From assembly GCA_036172245.1 (NCBI GenBank), contig JAYWIR010000006.1, positions 4,340,001-4,404,000 of the forward strand: a stretch of 64,000 bases of DNA, given 5' to 3'. Of this stretch, positions 38,501 through 50,668 are shown piece by piece (position 1 is the first letter of the stretch; each line of letters begins with the position of its first letter). The stretch comes from Raillietiella orientalis. Lineage: Eukaryota. The translations under genes and the position numbers were made by a program. The notes below the pieces were generated by a model. The model was not told the DNA's origin, made no database searches, and saw nothing but the letters and a program-made list of their open reading frames with translations.

Positions 38501-41500
38501 TCCCAGAAGAGCAAGTATTTTATTTCACTTTTTTTTCCTTTTTTTCTTTCCTTCTTTGACCCAGAAATCGGACTGAAATGGAGAATTCGGAAAGAGAATT
38601 TGCATGCGTGTTGCTGCCTGCGCCCCTCCCTCCGAAGAGCGCGAAAACTGTTTGCATCAGCGTTTGCATCCGGTAAATTTCGAAATTCGGTCCGTCTCCG
38701 AGGAGCTCCGGGATCCGTTCTGGGAGCCCGTCCGGGTCCGAGGGCGACGTCGGCGGCAACAATCGGGCCTGGCGCGCGGTTGCCATGAGGATTCTGGAAC
38801 GGGGATGTTCGTTTGGCGGGAAGGGACCCTCGCTTGAAAAACGCAAGCGTCATCTCAAGAGATTGCGCCTTCCTAAAGAAATAAAATGGCGCCAAATGAC
38901 GATGTCGACACGAAATGGGCGAGAAGGCCAGAAAAAAAACCGCATGATACACGGCGTGAGATGAGAGCTTTATTTATTTTTTTCTTTTTTCGTTTGTTCT
39001 GAAAGAACAGCTGGAACGAATTCTAAAGAAGAAACGAAAGAAGAGGAGGCCAAAAGAGAGAGAAAAAAAAAATTCTTTTGAGCTGCGGAGTGCAGCATGG
39101 ATCTCCGCCCCTGTTTATTGCTTTTTTATTATCTAAACAAAAATAAGGTGGAGTCAGGCAAGCACGCTGAGGGCGAAATCTGGGAAGACTTTCCGAAGGT
39201 CAACGAGAGCTCCCTCGTTCTCCCGAGAAACGCGTCATCCTCGGATCACCCGCTTCGAGCGGTCATCTTCCAGGAAGAGCGGCGAAGGAGGCAGGACCCC
39301 CTCTCCGACCCCCTTCCTTCGCACGAAATTCGTGCGTTCCTCCCCGGCGGGCGGGAATCTGCCGATGCGCTCTTCTTCCCTCGTGCGTCCCTTCCTCCCC
39401 CTGCGGGAGCCCTAGTCGGGCAATACGGCTCTGCCGATGACCCTCTCCCGCTGTTCTTTCCGCGGGAACATCCGAGGGGAACGAAAGCGGTGGCGGGCGC
39501 GCATCCCTGGGACTCCTCTGCTTGCGGGCCGGCGCCAAACCTCGGAGATGCCGCGGGAACCATCCCGCTTTATGGCTTTTGGTGACACCTGGAAAGCGGA
39601 GACGGAGGCAAACCGAGCCGCCTCCGCCTCTCTGTGCCTTCGCGAGGACGAGGCGGGCCAGAGGTGCGCAGCCTTCGCCTCTCGAAGGTGGGGAAAGTTG
39701 TGGTCGCTCGCTCTTGCAGGCGGTGGACCTTGCGCGCTGCACCTGCGCAAGGTGCGCAAGCACTCGTTGGTTTCCAATCGTCTCTCGGGACCCGCCCATT
39801 TCCCCGCCCATCCCGTCCCGCGAGAGCCACGTCCTCAAACTCGCTCTCGCGCGCACACGCGGAGCACACACGCGTTCGTGCTTGTGCACACGTGTGGGCC
39901 CACGTGAGCATGTGCGCGAGTGACTACGTTCCGCGAACGCGCGTTTCGCGCACCTGGGCGTGTACCTGTACGCTTTCACATGCATGAATGTGCACCGCTC
40001 ACACATGTGCTTGGACGTTCACGTGTGTCGCAGGCTCGCGTACGGTACACGCACCTGCAAGTGAGAGAGCATCTACGCACTCGTTGCTGGCCCCTGCGCT
40101 CGTCCGGGCGCACGTGGGATGTTCGCGCTGGCCCGCACACGATACACACACGTGTGTGTCTCAGCACAGAAGTGCACACTTGTGCATGCATGTGCGCGCT
40201 CTGCCACTTGTCCACTAGTGCACGGGCATTCCTGTCGACGCGTGAGGGCGTGTGCTCTAAACATTCAAACAAGAGTGACGGTGGGCATTGGTGTGCCAGC
40301 TGCAAGAGCGCTCCTCAGGTGTGGTGGCCGCTCCTCGTGAGCAGTGCACCGGTGTTCGCAGCGGTGTACTGGAATGCCGCGCAGACGCGTTGCGATCACC
40401 GCCCTCATGGCGCAGCGGCGCCAACACACGTGCAGCCCTATAACGAAGGTGCACACTCGCGTGCACGCACATGCGCGCGGTGCACCAAGAGCGCGATGCA
40501 GCTCGCACGCGCGTTCACCGTGCGTGTAGCCGTCTTTGCTCGGAAATGCACGCGCGTGTCCGCGCGCGATCGGATGCTGCGTGTGCCACCGCAGCGCCTC
40601 TGGCACGCCGCGAGTGTGGCTAGCGCGCGGCATTTCTTGGCGCGCCACGCGCTCGTTCTTCGCCGCTTTTCTCCGGGACGTGGCTGTCATCTACACAGTA
40701 GGAGGGCGATGCCATCACTGCCGTCGTCGTCCTCAAACTGACGTCTGGTCTTCCCCCCCCCCCTGCCCCCCGGGGGGTTCGCTCCCCTCGCCGTCTTGGT
40801 GAGCTCCCCCGCAACGTCCGCCTCGATTGCGCACCGGTCTTGCCACTCGGCACGGAGCCGTGGCTCCTCCCCTTTTCCTCCCTCCATACTTGGCGGGCTG
40901 GCGCGGCGGTGGAAACTGGCTGAGCGATCGGGATCATTCGAGAGAACCCAAGCAGCTATTTCCCGGGGGCGCTGCGCCGCCTTTCCTTCTCTGCCACACA
41001 GTCAAGATGGAGGCGGTGACGGTTCTTCCTGCTGATGGCGTGGGTTCCTTCCGCTTGACCAGAGCGACTCATTCGCCGGAGCAGCTCCTCGCGTAGTCCC
41101 AAACGATTCTTCGAGTAGCGCCTTTTTTTTTTTTTTTTCCGGTAACGTGCAGTGAGAGTCCCGTAGTTTCTTCTCCCTTCCGCATCCCATGCAGTCGGAG
41201 GAGCAAGAAAACGAGGATGCTGATCCCTTCACGAGCACTCGTCCTTCTGGAAAGCGTTCCTTTTCCTTTCCTAAAGCGGGTGAACGGGGTGCGACACGTA
41301 ACTTCACTCTGGGAAGCGAGGATAAATAAACGGCAGCTTTGAAGGAACGATCTTAGGGGATCTTGGAGACGAAAATGAAGAGGCGAACGGAGTTTCGTCT
41401 GCCGGAGACGTTTCTCACCCCTTTCGCCTCTTTCCTACAGCCACTGAGGGCATTTCGCGCAGGCCATCGATCGGGCTGTATCAGAGAACTCTGGGTGCAT

Positions 41501-44500
41501 CAGATGTCTGCTCTAAAAGCTTCTAGGGCAGCCCTGGGAAACGCTCCTCCAGTTAATCACACTTCGTAAATCATCACCGAAATCAACCTGCCCGATGGGA
41601 GAAAACACGATTCCCGTGTCAAGGCAGTGTTCGCCGACATGTGAATCACTTCACTTTTTAGCGCGTTTTTTTTTTTTTTTCTTTCTTCTTCTATGCTAAG
41701 TATAAATGGCGAGCTGTTTATCCTGAGCCGTGATTCTATGTGGGTGTCTTTTCCTTTCCTTTATCCTCTCCTGAACGCGGGCAAGCGTTTCTGCGCCGCA
41801 AACACATGTACGTTTGGAACATCCATGTTTGGAATGTGTACGCAGTCTATCAAGAAAATCACGAATACGTGCTGAAGTCTGACCCATCGTACACTGTAGG
41901 CTCATACGGGCTGCGGCCACAGCATTTGGCGTGATTAAGCGTGCAACCTCTGCCCCGCATATACCCTCTCAAACACTTCTCCTGTGTTTGGAAGGACATT
42001 TTGGACTTTAGGCTTTGGAATCGTCGCAATTTCATTGTGTCACGCGATTAACGCTTGGCCTTCGTCTCCGCCATGCTCGGCCACATCCGCTCGCTCGTTG
42101 TTCACAATTCTCACAGGTCGTCGGAATTCGGTGCGTCCAAACTCTCACATGCAGAAGGCGTCGCGCAGCAACCTGCGGGCAGCGCGTAGGCAACAATCAG
42201 AAACGCGCCCAGCACGACCGGCTAGGCTAAGTATCGATTCAACGACCGCACGTTTTGCGACGAGGTAGGCAGACTCTCGCTCGCGTTCTCCCGTGGCTGC
42301 CGACGAGGTCGGAAGTTTGCCTGCGCGCGTGTGGATCGACGGCAGGCGGAGACGCGCGGGGAGCGAGCCGTAGCATTCTCGAACTACGTGAAAAAATAGG
42401 GTGAGAATAGCCTAGCACCTTGCGGATCCGGAACTGTTGCTAGTCTAGCTGCGCAGTTGTAGCTTCACGAGTAGGCTGAGATGCGCGCGTGCGTGCTTCT
42501 TGGTCCTCGCACTTCCCGATTCTCTCCCGCCTGATGATGCGATGTGTTTCCTCTCCACCGAGGTGGCACGGTGATCCACCACCAGCCACGTTTACGGAAG
42601 CGTTGGGCGAAAAGTACGGACCTGCTTGACTTGGAAGGACTGCTCATGACTGGGTGGATGCAAGGTGGCCGGAGGGAGAGAGAGTGAGTGAGAGAGAGAG
42701 AGAGAGAAGACGTCCGGACGCTGAATCGCGGGTGACGCGGTGGGAGAGAGCAGGCAGGCGCGACCACGTGGGTGCGCTCCGGAGATTCGCACCCTAGGGA
42801 CCACTCCTCTCCGAACCACGTTGCCCTCTCCAATCGACACGTGTCGATCCGTCTCCCAGCACCGGGGATGCGAGGAAAGGGACACTTTTTTGCGCTCGCC
42901 TGCGTGTTGAACTGCAGACTCTTTCGGGAAGATCTGATGGATCCAGGTCCGATGACAGATCGTGTGCGTCGCTGGGGCGTGTTCCGTGAGTGGTGGATTC
43001 GTGAAAGCAGCTACGCGCTTTCTCATGAGAATCTCATCGCGATGGAGGACTCCGGGGGAACCCGATACAGGAAACTGCAGGACTCGCTGCGATAACAGGA
43101 GATGAATGGATCTCCCGATGATGCGAGCCGCGCGTGAAACAGTGCAGGCCGCCGCTCCATCATCCTTCGCGGCTCGCTCGCTGCTCTCCGAAGGAACCTT
43201 TCTCTCCTCTCCCCCTCTGCTGTTCCTCCCCCTCCTGCTGCTCCCCTTCCCCCCCCCTCCTCCTTGCTCTTAGTGCACGTGCAGGGTAGCCGCCGGCTTC
43301 GACCTCACAGTGATCCTTTTGCTTTTGAGGAAGACCCCGCCTTCCGCAAAACCCTGGGGCGCCTGCAGCCTCCGAAAAGCATGGCAGTAGAGGGTGGCGG
43401 CGTCCGGGCTAGTCGTCGGGATGGCCAGACCGGGTCAGCTCCCGGGGAGCCGGAGTCGGCTAGGCAACGCACCGGAAGCGTCCCTTGTGGGAAGTGAAAA
43501 TCCGGTATTGCGCCGTAGGGAAAGTAGGGTCGAGGAGGCCGCCTCATCTGCAGGATTTTCCTCCCTCTTCCGCAGACCCCGAAAGCAGGCGCGCCCGAGC
43601 TCTCTTCGGTTCCCACGAAGCCTCCCGATCCCCTCTGCCTTCTGTCCGGCTCGGGCGTTGCAGGAGCCGGCTCGCTCGGACGGACAGGCGAAGGGAGAGT
43701 CACGGGTCTGGTTTGCTTCGGACCAGTTCCGAGGGAAACGGGGAGGAGGAGGACGAGACGCTCCTGGACGTGGAGGTAGATGCCCGCTTGGCTCCCTCCC
43801 GGGTACCCTTCCTTCCCTGTCCTTCACACACGCACGCACGCGCGCAAAGCACCTCCGCGATTCTCGTTTCCTCGCGAGCTGCTGTCGCCTGGGAGTCCCG
43901 GCGCCGGCGCACGAGGGAGCCAACTCGGCGCGCTCGCCTAGGTCCTCCCCTTCCCTCTTCCTCCTCCCCTTCGCGAGGCGTCCCCTCCTCGCTTATCGAA
44001 TCAGCGTCCGATCGAATTTTCCTCCAGGAGCGAAGGCGGTTTTTAATCACCGCTAATTGACGGCAGCAGCAGCCTTCCGGCAGGGGGCTGAACGGTGGGG
44101 GAGGAGGGGAGGAGAAGGGGGTGAAGGGGGGGGGGGATAGGAAGGGAGAAAGACCTCGGTTTTCCCCCGTTCCGTTCGATCGGTCTTCGGGCAGGTGGCT
44201 TACGTGCGCGCGCGTCGCACGTGGAAGGAAGAAAAATAAAATAAAGTAAAATAAAATGAACAGGAATGCTCGCCTGTTGCGCGCAGCGCTCACACAATAG
44301 GGAAGGAAGGGGGGGGGGAGGGAGAGGGGACGACGCCCTCGAGAGAACTTTGGGAGAAAGCCCTTTGTTCCCTACTTCCGGAAAGCAACTGCCGATGTCA
44401 CCTCAACCCCTTCTCCTGGCTCCTCTCCTGACCATCCGTCTCGGACAGTCCTCTCCGCTCCCTGCTCCGCAATGACGGGTCTCCCCCCCCCCCCCTTCCA

Positions 44501-47500
44501 TGGGCTCCCAGGGACTCCCACGCGGTCGTCCGTCCGCGGCTTCGGCTGCCCTTCCGTCCCACGGCGGGACCCGTCCGCCCTGCGCGCGACGGCGACGAGC
44601 GCGCGTAACCGCAGCAACAGCGACGGCGATGGCGTTCCCTGAGGGAGGAAGTGCCTTCTCCCGCTCCCTCTTCCTCGCGAAAGCGCGGTGCGGGAACGTG
44701 GGTCCCGGACTTTCCGGGAGAGCCGCAACGGAGCGGCTCTCCCCGTCTTTTTCGCGCTTCGCGAAGAACCGGCCGGCGGAGAGGACGACGACGGGAAGGG
44801 GGAGGAGGAGGAGGGGGGGGGAGGAAGCGCAAATTAGCGCGGTATTTTCGGAACAATGCTGCTGCCGAGTGCCCGAGTGATTGGTGGGGGCTCGTCTTTC
44901 TTGAGGAAGAGGTCACAACCTGCTTCCGGTAAGTGTGCAGACGAACAATATACTCCCTCCCTCCCCCTTGCCGTCTCCTCCCCCCCCCCCCCCCGGCTTG
45001 TCGCGCACAAAGAACGAGAAGGGGAGCGCAAAAGCAGCGGCAACAGTGCGGCTCTGCCGAGGAGCCACCGAGCCCTCGGTCGCTGCTTCCCTCTCCCGCG
45101 CAACCACGGAGGGACCTCCTCCTTTTTTTCCTTTTTCCCCGTTCCCTGGGCTTGCGCGGGGAACGCGATGTGGCGAAATTTGCCAGCTGAACGAGAGGGG
45201 GGGGGAAGGGGGGGGCGCAAAGGAAGGAAGGGGCAACGCGTGACACAGGGGTCGCCCAATTAGCTGCTGCTCGGCGCGCGCGCGCGCTGGGGCGTTTTTC
45301 TTTCCCCCCCTTCTTATTCCCTCGTCCTCGGACGGGGGTGGGAGGTGGGGGGTGGAGGTGGCGCAGGGGCCTCCCCCGCCTTCGAGCCGTTCATCTGCAC
45401 CTCATTGTCTCGTGGGGGCGCGCGTGTGCGATTTTTTCTTCCTTTTTTTTTTTTTCCTTCACGCGCGCGTGTTTTTTCTGACTCGTCCGAGATCTGCGGA
45501 GAGGGCGGGAATCCATGGCTACGCGATCAATCATCCGCGAAGCGAACGTTTGGGTTTCGGTTTACTGAAAAGTTACTCTCGAGTTTATTTTTCCTCCGGG
45601 AGATCCTCTGGAACCTGGAAATTCTGTTTATCCTGACCTCTACTTCGCGTCGGTAGGATGACGCGCCTTCCAAAAATAACCGCTGCGGGAACAGGGTGGT
45701 TGGCGGAAGGGGGGGAGGAGGGGGGGGGGAGAATGGACGAGAACGGGAGAGCGCCCACCCGCGGTCCCGGTTCCTTCCGTTGGCGCACGGGCGAATCGAG
45801 CGTGCATGTTCCCTCCGTTCGTTCGTCGCAGGGGTCATCCCGGAACTCGCCCGCTTTGGTCGGTGCCGGTGGACAAAAGACGAGACAGACGAGGGTGCTC
45901 CGACGACGCCCCTGCGTTCGCACGCAGGTGGGCCGCCCTTCCTGGAGTGTAGCCCTCATCAGGGAACCTCCGCGGTTCCTCGGGAACGACTCGAACGTCT
46001 CTGGGAAGAAGCAGCTCCCGACCGACCACGCTTTCCCTCTGCAGAAATCCCTCTGTGGAGCCCCAAGGAAAGAGAAGGAGGAGGAGGGACCTCGGCCGCT
46101 CTCTCCACGCACCCCCATTCCCTTCCTCCTCGGGGCCGGACGATCCGAAAAATAGCCCGCGGAGGCTGCTGAGGATAGCCGCATCTCTCTGCAGCTTCAC
46201 AGCAGCGACTCTGGACTCAGCCTCCCTCCCGCGATCGGCTGGGGGTCTTTCGGATGATCGCTCCCGGATCGGAAGCTGACTGTTCCCGTGCCATCACGGC
46301 CGCGCTCCGGCGAAGCAAGCGAACGTTCCAGAATCGAAACTGTGCGGGCGGGCGCCTCCGGTGCCATGGGAACGGAGGGAGGGGAAGGCGGGACGTTCTG
46401 ACGTGGAACGGCAGCGGGCCAACGCGGAGCTGAAATCCTGCGACGTGAGCCGGCGGCAAGCGCGGAGAATCCCGGCTTTCCCCGCGAAGATGCGTCTGGG
46501 GGTGGGGGGGGGGGGGGGAGAGCGGTGCGGGTGCTGCCGCAAGGACGAAGCCGGGATGGCCCGCCCCCTTCCGGGGACACTGGGAGGCTCCTGGGACGCT
46601 TGCAGCAACCAACACCGGCGACAGACCGTCCGGCTTCCCGCACGCCCTGGACCGATGAAGGGCCACAGGACGGGGCGACCTCTCTGAGAAGCGAAGCTGC
46701 TGGCGTGCGAAAAAGTCGCGGGCTGCGAGGATTCACACCCTCCTCCCGCGATTCGTGGGGCCCCGAGGGGCTGGGGATGTCCGATTCCTGCGTCAGCGAC
46801 AGGCGAGCGAGCCCGTGCCAGTGGAGATTTCGACGGAATGGGACGGGGGTCTCGGTCCGTGCCCAGAGCGAGCAGGGGAAAGGGAGGGATGAGAAAAGAG
46901 GAGGGTGGAACGTAGGTCCCCCCCCCCCCCTCGCCGTTCGGCGAGCGCTCAATCGCCGGCGAGTCGCACGCACAGGAAAGCGGGCGTCCCACGGAAGCGC
47001 GCGCGCACAGCATGCAGTCGCGGGGGGGAAGGCCCAAACGAGCGGACAAAACGTTTTCACGGAGCCCTCCCTTCACCCCCCGCGCCCGGGTGGGTCGGCG
47101 CGCCCTGCCGAAGAGCAACATCGTCCGCATGAAGGGAGTGTGAGGTCATCGCGGCGCGCACCTTCCCTCCGCGGAACTCGAGTGGCTGCGATCGGGATGG
47201 CGGTCGTCGACGCTCCGCCCTGCGAAGCGCGCGGGCGAACATCTAGATCTCGGGAACGGCAGCTTTCTTATGCGTGCGACTCCCCGCAGATCGGGGAGGG
47301 GGAGGGGAGGAGGAGCAACCCTGCGACAGGCTCCGCATTGTGCCGCAGGAAGGGACGTCGCCCCGACACGATCAGCCTTCCGACGCGTGACTCCTGCGAG
47401 GAGGAAGCGCCAACGCTGTCGCAGCGAAATCGCCAAGTTCCCGCCTTCCGGGATTCCCGCTCGCGCCTCCGTCCTCCGCCTACCTGATGGGAGCGCGCTG

Positions 47501-50484
47501 TTCGGAAGGAAGACGTCCGGCATCCCTGCTCCCTCGCCCCTTCAAACAACCGGAAGCAGATCGTTTTCGCCGGCCGTCCCGGATGGGCACCGCATCTTCT
47601 CCGCGCCACTCTCCCCCCCCCCCCCTCTCCTTCCCCTCATTTTTTATCGAACGGGGGACCCGAGGCAGACCTCGCGCGCCTTCCTCCGACCTGCCCCTGC
47701 CCGGTTGTCCGCTCCAGTGAGGGCTCCGGGTTTGGATGAAGAGCAGGATCCGTGCTCCCGGGAGCCCTCGCCACAGGATGGCGGCAGCCGGTGCCGAGGT
47801 GTCTCCAGAGCGATCGATATAAAGACCTGTGCGTGGCCGCGTCCCCGTCCTGGAAGGGGGAAGGGGGGAAGCGAAGATGCCGGACGAGCTCCGTAGCTGA
47901 CCGGGCAACGCGTTCCTCAAGGGTCTACCTCTCCCCTTCCTCCCTCTTCGTTGGGGAAAAAAGTCCTATTTCGGAGCCCCGGGCTGCGAGCCGAGTCTGG
48001 ATCTCCCTCTCGCGCAAAGGGCGCTGCCATGGAAATGGGAACTTCCACGGGGGGCCCGCCGGCGAACCGCCCTACGGGAGGGGACCTCCTTCCGCAGCGC
48101 GCCAGAAACCGCGGACGACGGCGGTGCCGCCGGCTGCACGCGTTGCTGTGTGCGGCTTCCATGCAGGCGCCTCTCCGCCGCCCGTTTCCGAGGTTTCCCT
48201 TCCCGGCGGCAGCCCCTGATTGGTCGCCGGGGTGCGCCGCAGTCCGCCGCGGATTGGTCGACCCGAGCAGCACGGCGAACGACAGCGCGGAGATGCGGAC
48301 CGGAGCGTGCACGGCTGCCGCTCCCCAAATGGTAGCGGTCCAGATAGCTGGAAGCTGCTCATGTGGAGCCATTTCGAACGCCCTGGAAAGTTCACTTTTC
48401 TGAGAAGTTTCCCGGAGTCTGGAAAGCTTTAAAGGGGGAGGGCGAGCTCCTGTGCGCAATCGGTCACCGGTGGATGAGAGAGTGGACGGATCGGCGAGCA
48501 GCGCGTTGCCTGGTTACGCCCCGGGAAACGCACGCTCGCGCTGGAGAGGACATCTTTGCCAGTGCGAGGGGTTCAACCAGCTCCGTCCGCCCGCTTCCCG
48601 GCGGAACCCGCTGCGCGGCGTGGAAACGAGGGAGGAAGGGGGAAGACCGGGAGCGGCTGCCCGCTTTCCCCTCCCCTTGCGCGCGCGCCCGGCGCCGCTA
48701 CCGCTTCTATTTTTTCCCTTTCGCCCGCGTTTGTTTGTTTGTTCTTTCCCGGGGGGATTTTCCCGCCCTCGAGGTCGCTTGGTCCGGTGGGTGGGTCGCC
48801 GGAATACGCGCGGTTTCCAGGCTCCCGAAGGGGCCTGCGAACAGATGCGTCGGCAGCCTCATTTTTCACAAGGACTCGCTCGGGCGGGTCGCAGCCGACG
48901 ACCCCGGCGAGCCCGGAGGAGAGCGACGGGAAAGGAGGCGTCACAGAGCCGTCTTGCTGCCCCAGCGGCCTCCGCCTCGGCAGCGGTGGTTCAACAGCAG
49001 AAGCGGCCCGCGAAAGGGCCGCAAACACACTGTGCCTGCCCGCCCAGCGCTCCCGCGAAGGAAGGGCGGCAGCGCGCGGTCGGGAAACGGCGATCTTCGG
49101 GAGCTGCCGCCAGGGCGGCGCCGCATGCCGTAAGCGCGCGCGCGCCCACGCGCGGCGGCGACGGACTGCTTCGTGCGTGGCACTCGCGACCGACCGCCAT
49201 CCATGCCTCTGTCTTGAAAAGTGAAAGATCTGCATTTGAGAGTCCTTTTGGAGCGTTACGCATCAATGAATGAGCACGAGCGTGCGCATATTGCACGTAA
49301 AAAATAGGATTATCTTTGACTGCTCTTTAACTTTTGGCCTGCCGCTTCGACGGGAGCGGAAAAGCTGTGAAGGCAGGCGAAGGAAGTAGGGACGAAGGGC
49401 GAGGCGCCCCACCCTCACCAGAGTTCCGGGGTCGACATCGACATCCTCGCGAGGTGCCCACCCTCGTAGATGCGGCGCCGTCTCTCGCGTGGCCGGTCGA
49501 CGGAGAGGGCCGGGAAGCGGGATGGAGGCAACGCTGCGGGGAGCCAAGACGCGTCCCGGAGAGGTGCACCCAGGACCCCCTGTCCTTCCTCCTCCCCACG
49601 CAGGGAGGCCAAAGGTCGAGGAAGGGGGGGCGGCCCACGACCTAGCAGCTTCCGAGATGCTGCTGCGCGGATCCGACACCCTGAGGGAGTCCAGCGCGTT
49701 CGAGGTGCGCAAGGAACGGGCGAGAGGTTCGTTCTGGATGCTTCCGGCAGGCTCGGGATCCCGGAACGAGGGGCGCCGGTGCCCGTGGGCGCCTCCCGCT
49801 CGGGACGCCACGCCTGGGGGTCTTCGAGGGTCGGGCAGTCCCGACAGCAAGCGGGCGGCTCTCTGGGCGCGCCCGCGCGGGAGAGGGAGAAGATCCAGTC
49901 CCAGAGTCGGGCGCGCACGAGCAGCCCCTGGAGCATCGGCGCCCGCCGAGCTGCTTCCAGCATCGCCCCGGAATGCGCAGCCATCTTCGCCCGCACATGC
50001 GGGGGGGGAGGGGGCTAGACCATTGGAGGCTGCGGGAGCCGCTTCCATCCTCCCGGTGCCCGAGTGGCCGTCGGCGACGTTCCCGGGGACACGGCCGGCC
50101 TTCCGGGACGGTCGTTCGGCACGCGTGCCGCTGGGCCACCAGGGGTGGGGCCCCCATGGACGGGAGACGAAATTCCCCCCGCGCGCGCCCCTTCCCTTCT
50201 TGCCTCTCCGGTGCCCACGCGCTGCCCAGCGGAGAAACACGGAGCAGCAGCGGCGGCTTCCATCCTTCCTCTGGCGCCAACCGCGGCCTCCGCGCCGCTT
50301 CCATGTGCGTCGAGGGCCATGCGCGGGGGAGGACGTTGCCTTGAGAACGGCTGACTGGGAGGGGCCGCGCCCTCGCTCCCTAACCGTCTTCTTTCTCTTG
50401 CAGAGCGAAGAGTCCACCAGGAAGCACCGCGGTCGTACGGGGTGGCCCCAGCAGGTCTGGGAACTCGAACTGCAGCCCCAGTGA
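35547..50484 (+). CDS. Hand: Hand (heart- and neural crest derivatives-expressed) bHLH transcription factor, ~224 aa. Exons 35547-36140 and 50404-50484
   Basis: b[49 protein letters not shown] and N-terminal poly-His. Donor AAG|GTAAGG at 36141 and acceptor tttctcttgcag at 50403 join in phase 0 to [26 protein letters not shown], the Hand-specific C-terminal GRTGWPQxVWxLEL motif. Confidence 0.93.
39845..40650. repeat. Purine-pyrimidine-alternating (CA/TG/CG) low-complexity tract in the Hand intron
   Basis: Dense gtgcac, cacgtg, cacacg and gcgcgc words over ~800 bp. Confidence 0.6.
42675..42708. repeat. (GA)n microsatellite
   Basis: ggagagagagtgagtgagagagagagagagagaa. Confidence 0.8.
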
Positions 50485-50668
50485 AGCTCCCCCTGGCGGT
50501 ACGCCGCCCTCCCCCCCGCCCTCCTCCGCCAGCCCCCTTTCGTCTTCTTGTTCTCTTCCTTTTTTATTGCCGCTGTGCTCAGCCCAAGGTTGCCCGGTGA
50601 CACCGTGCGCCCCCGATCCTCCCGGTCGGCTAAGGCACGGTCAAGGCACGATCGGCGGTGGGCCGCCC

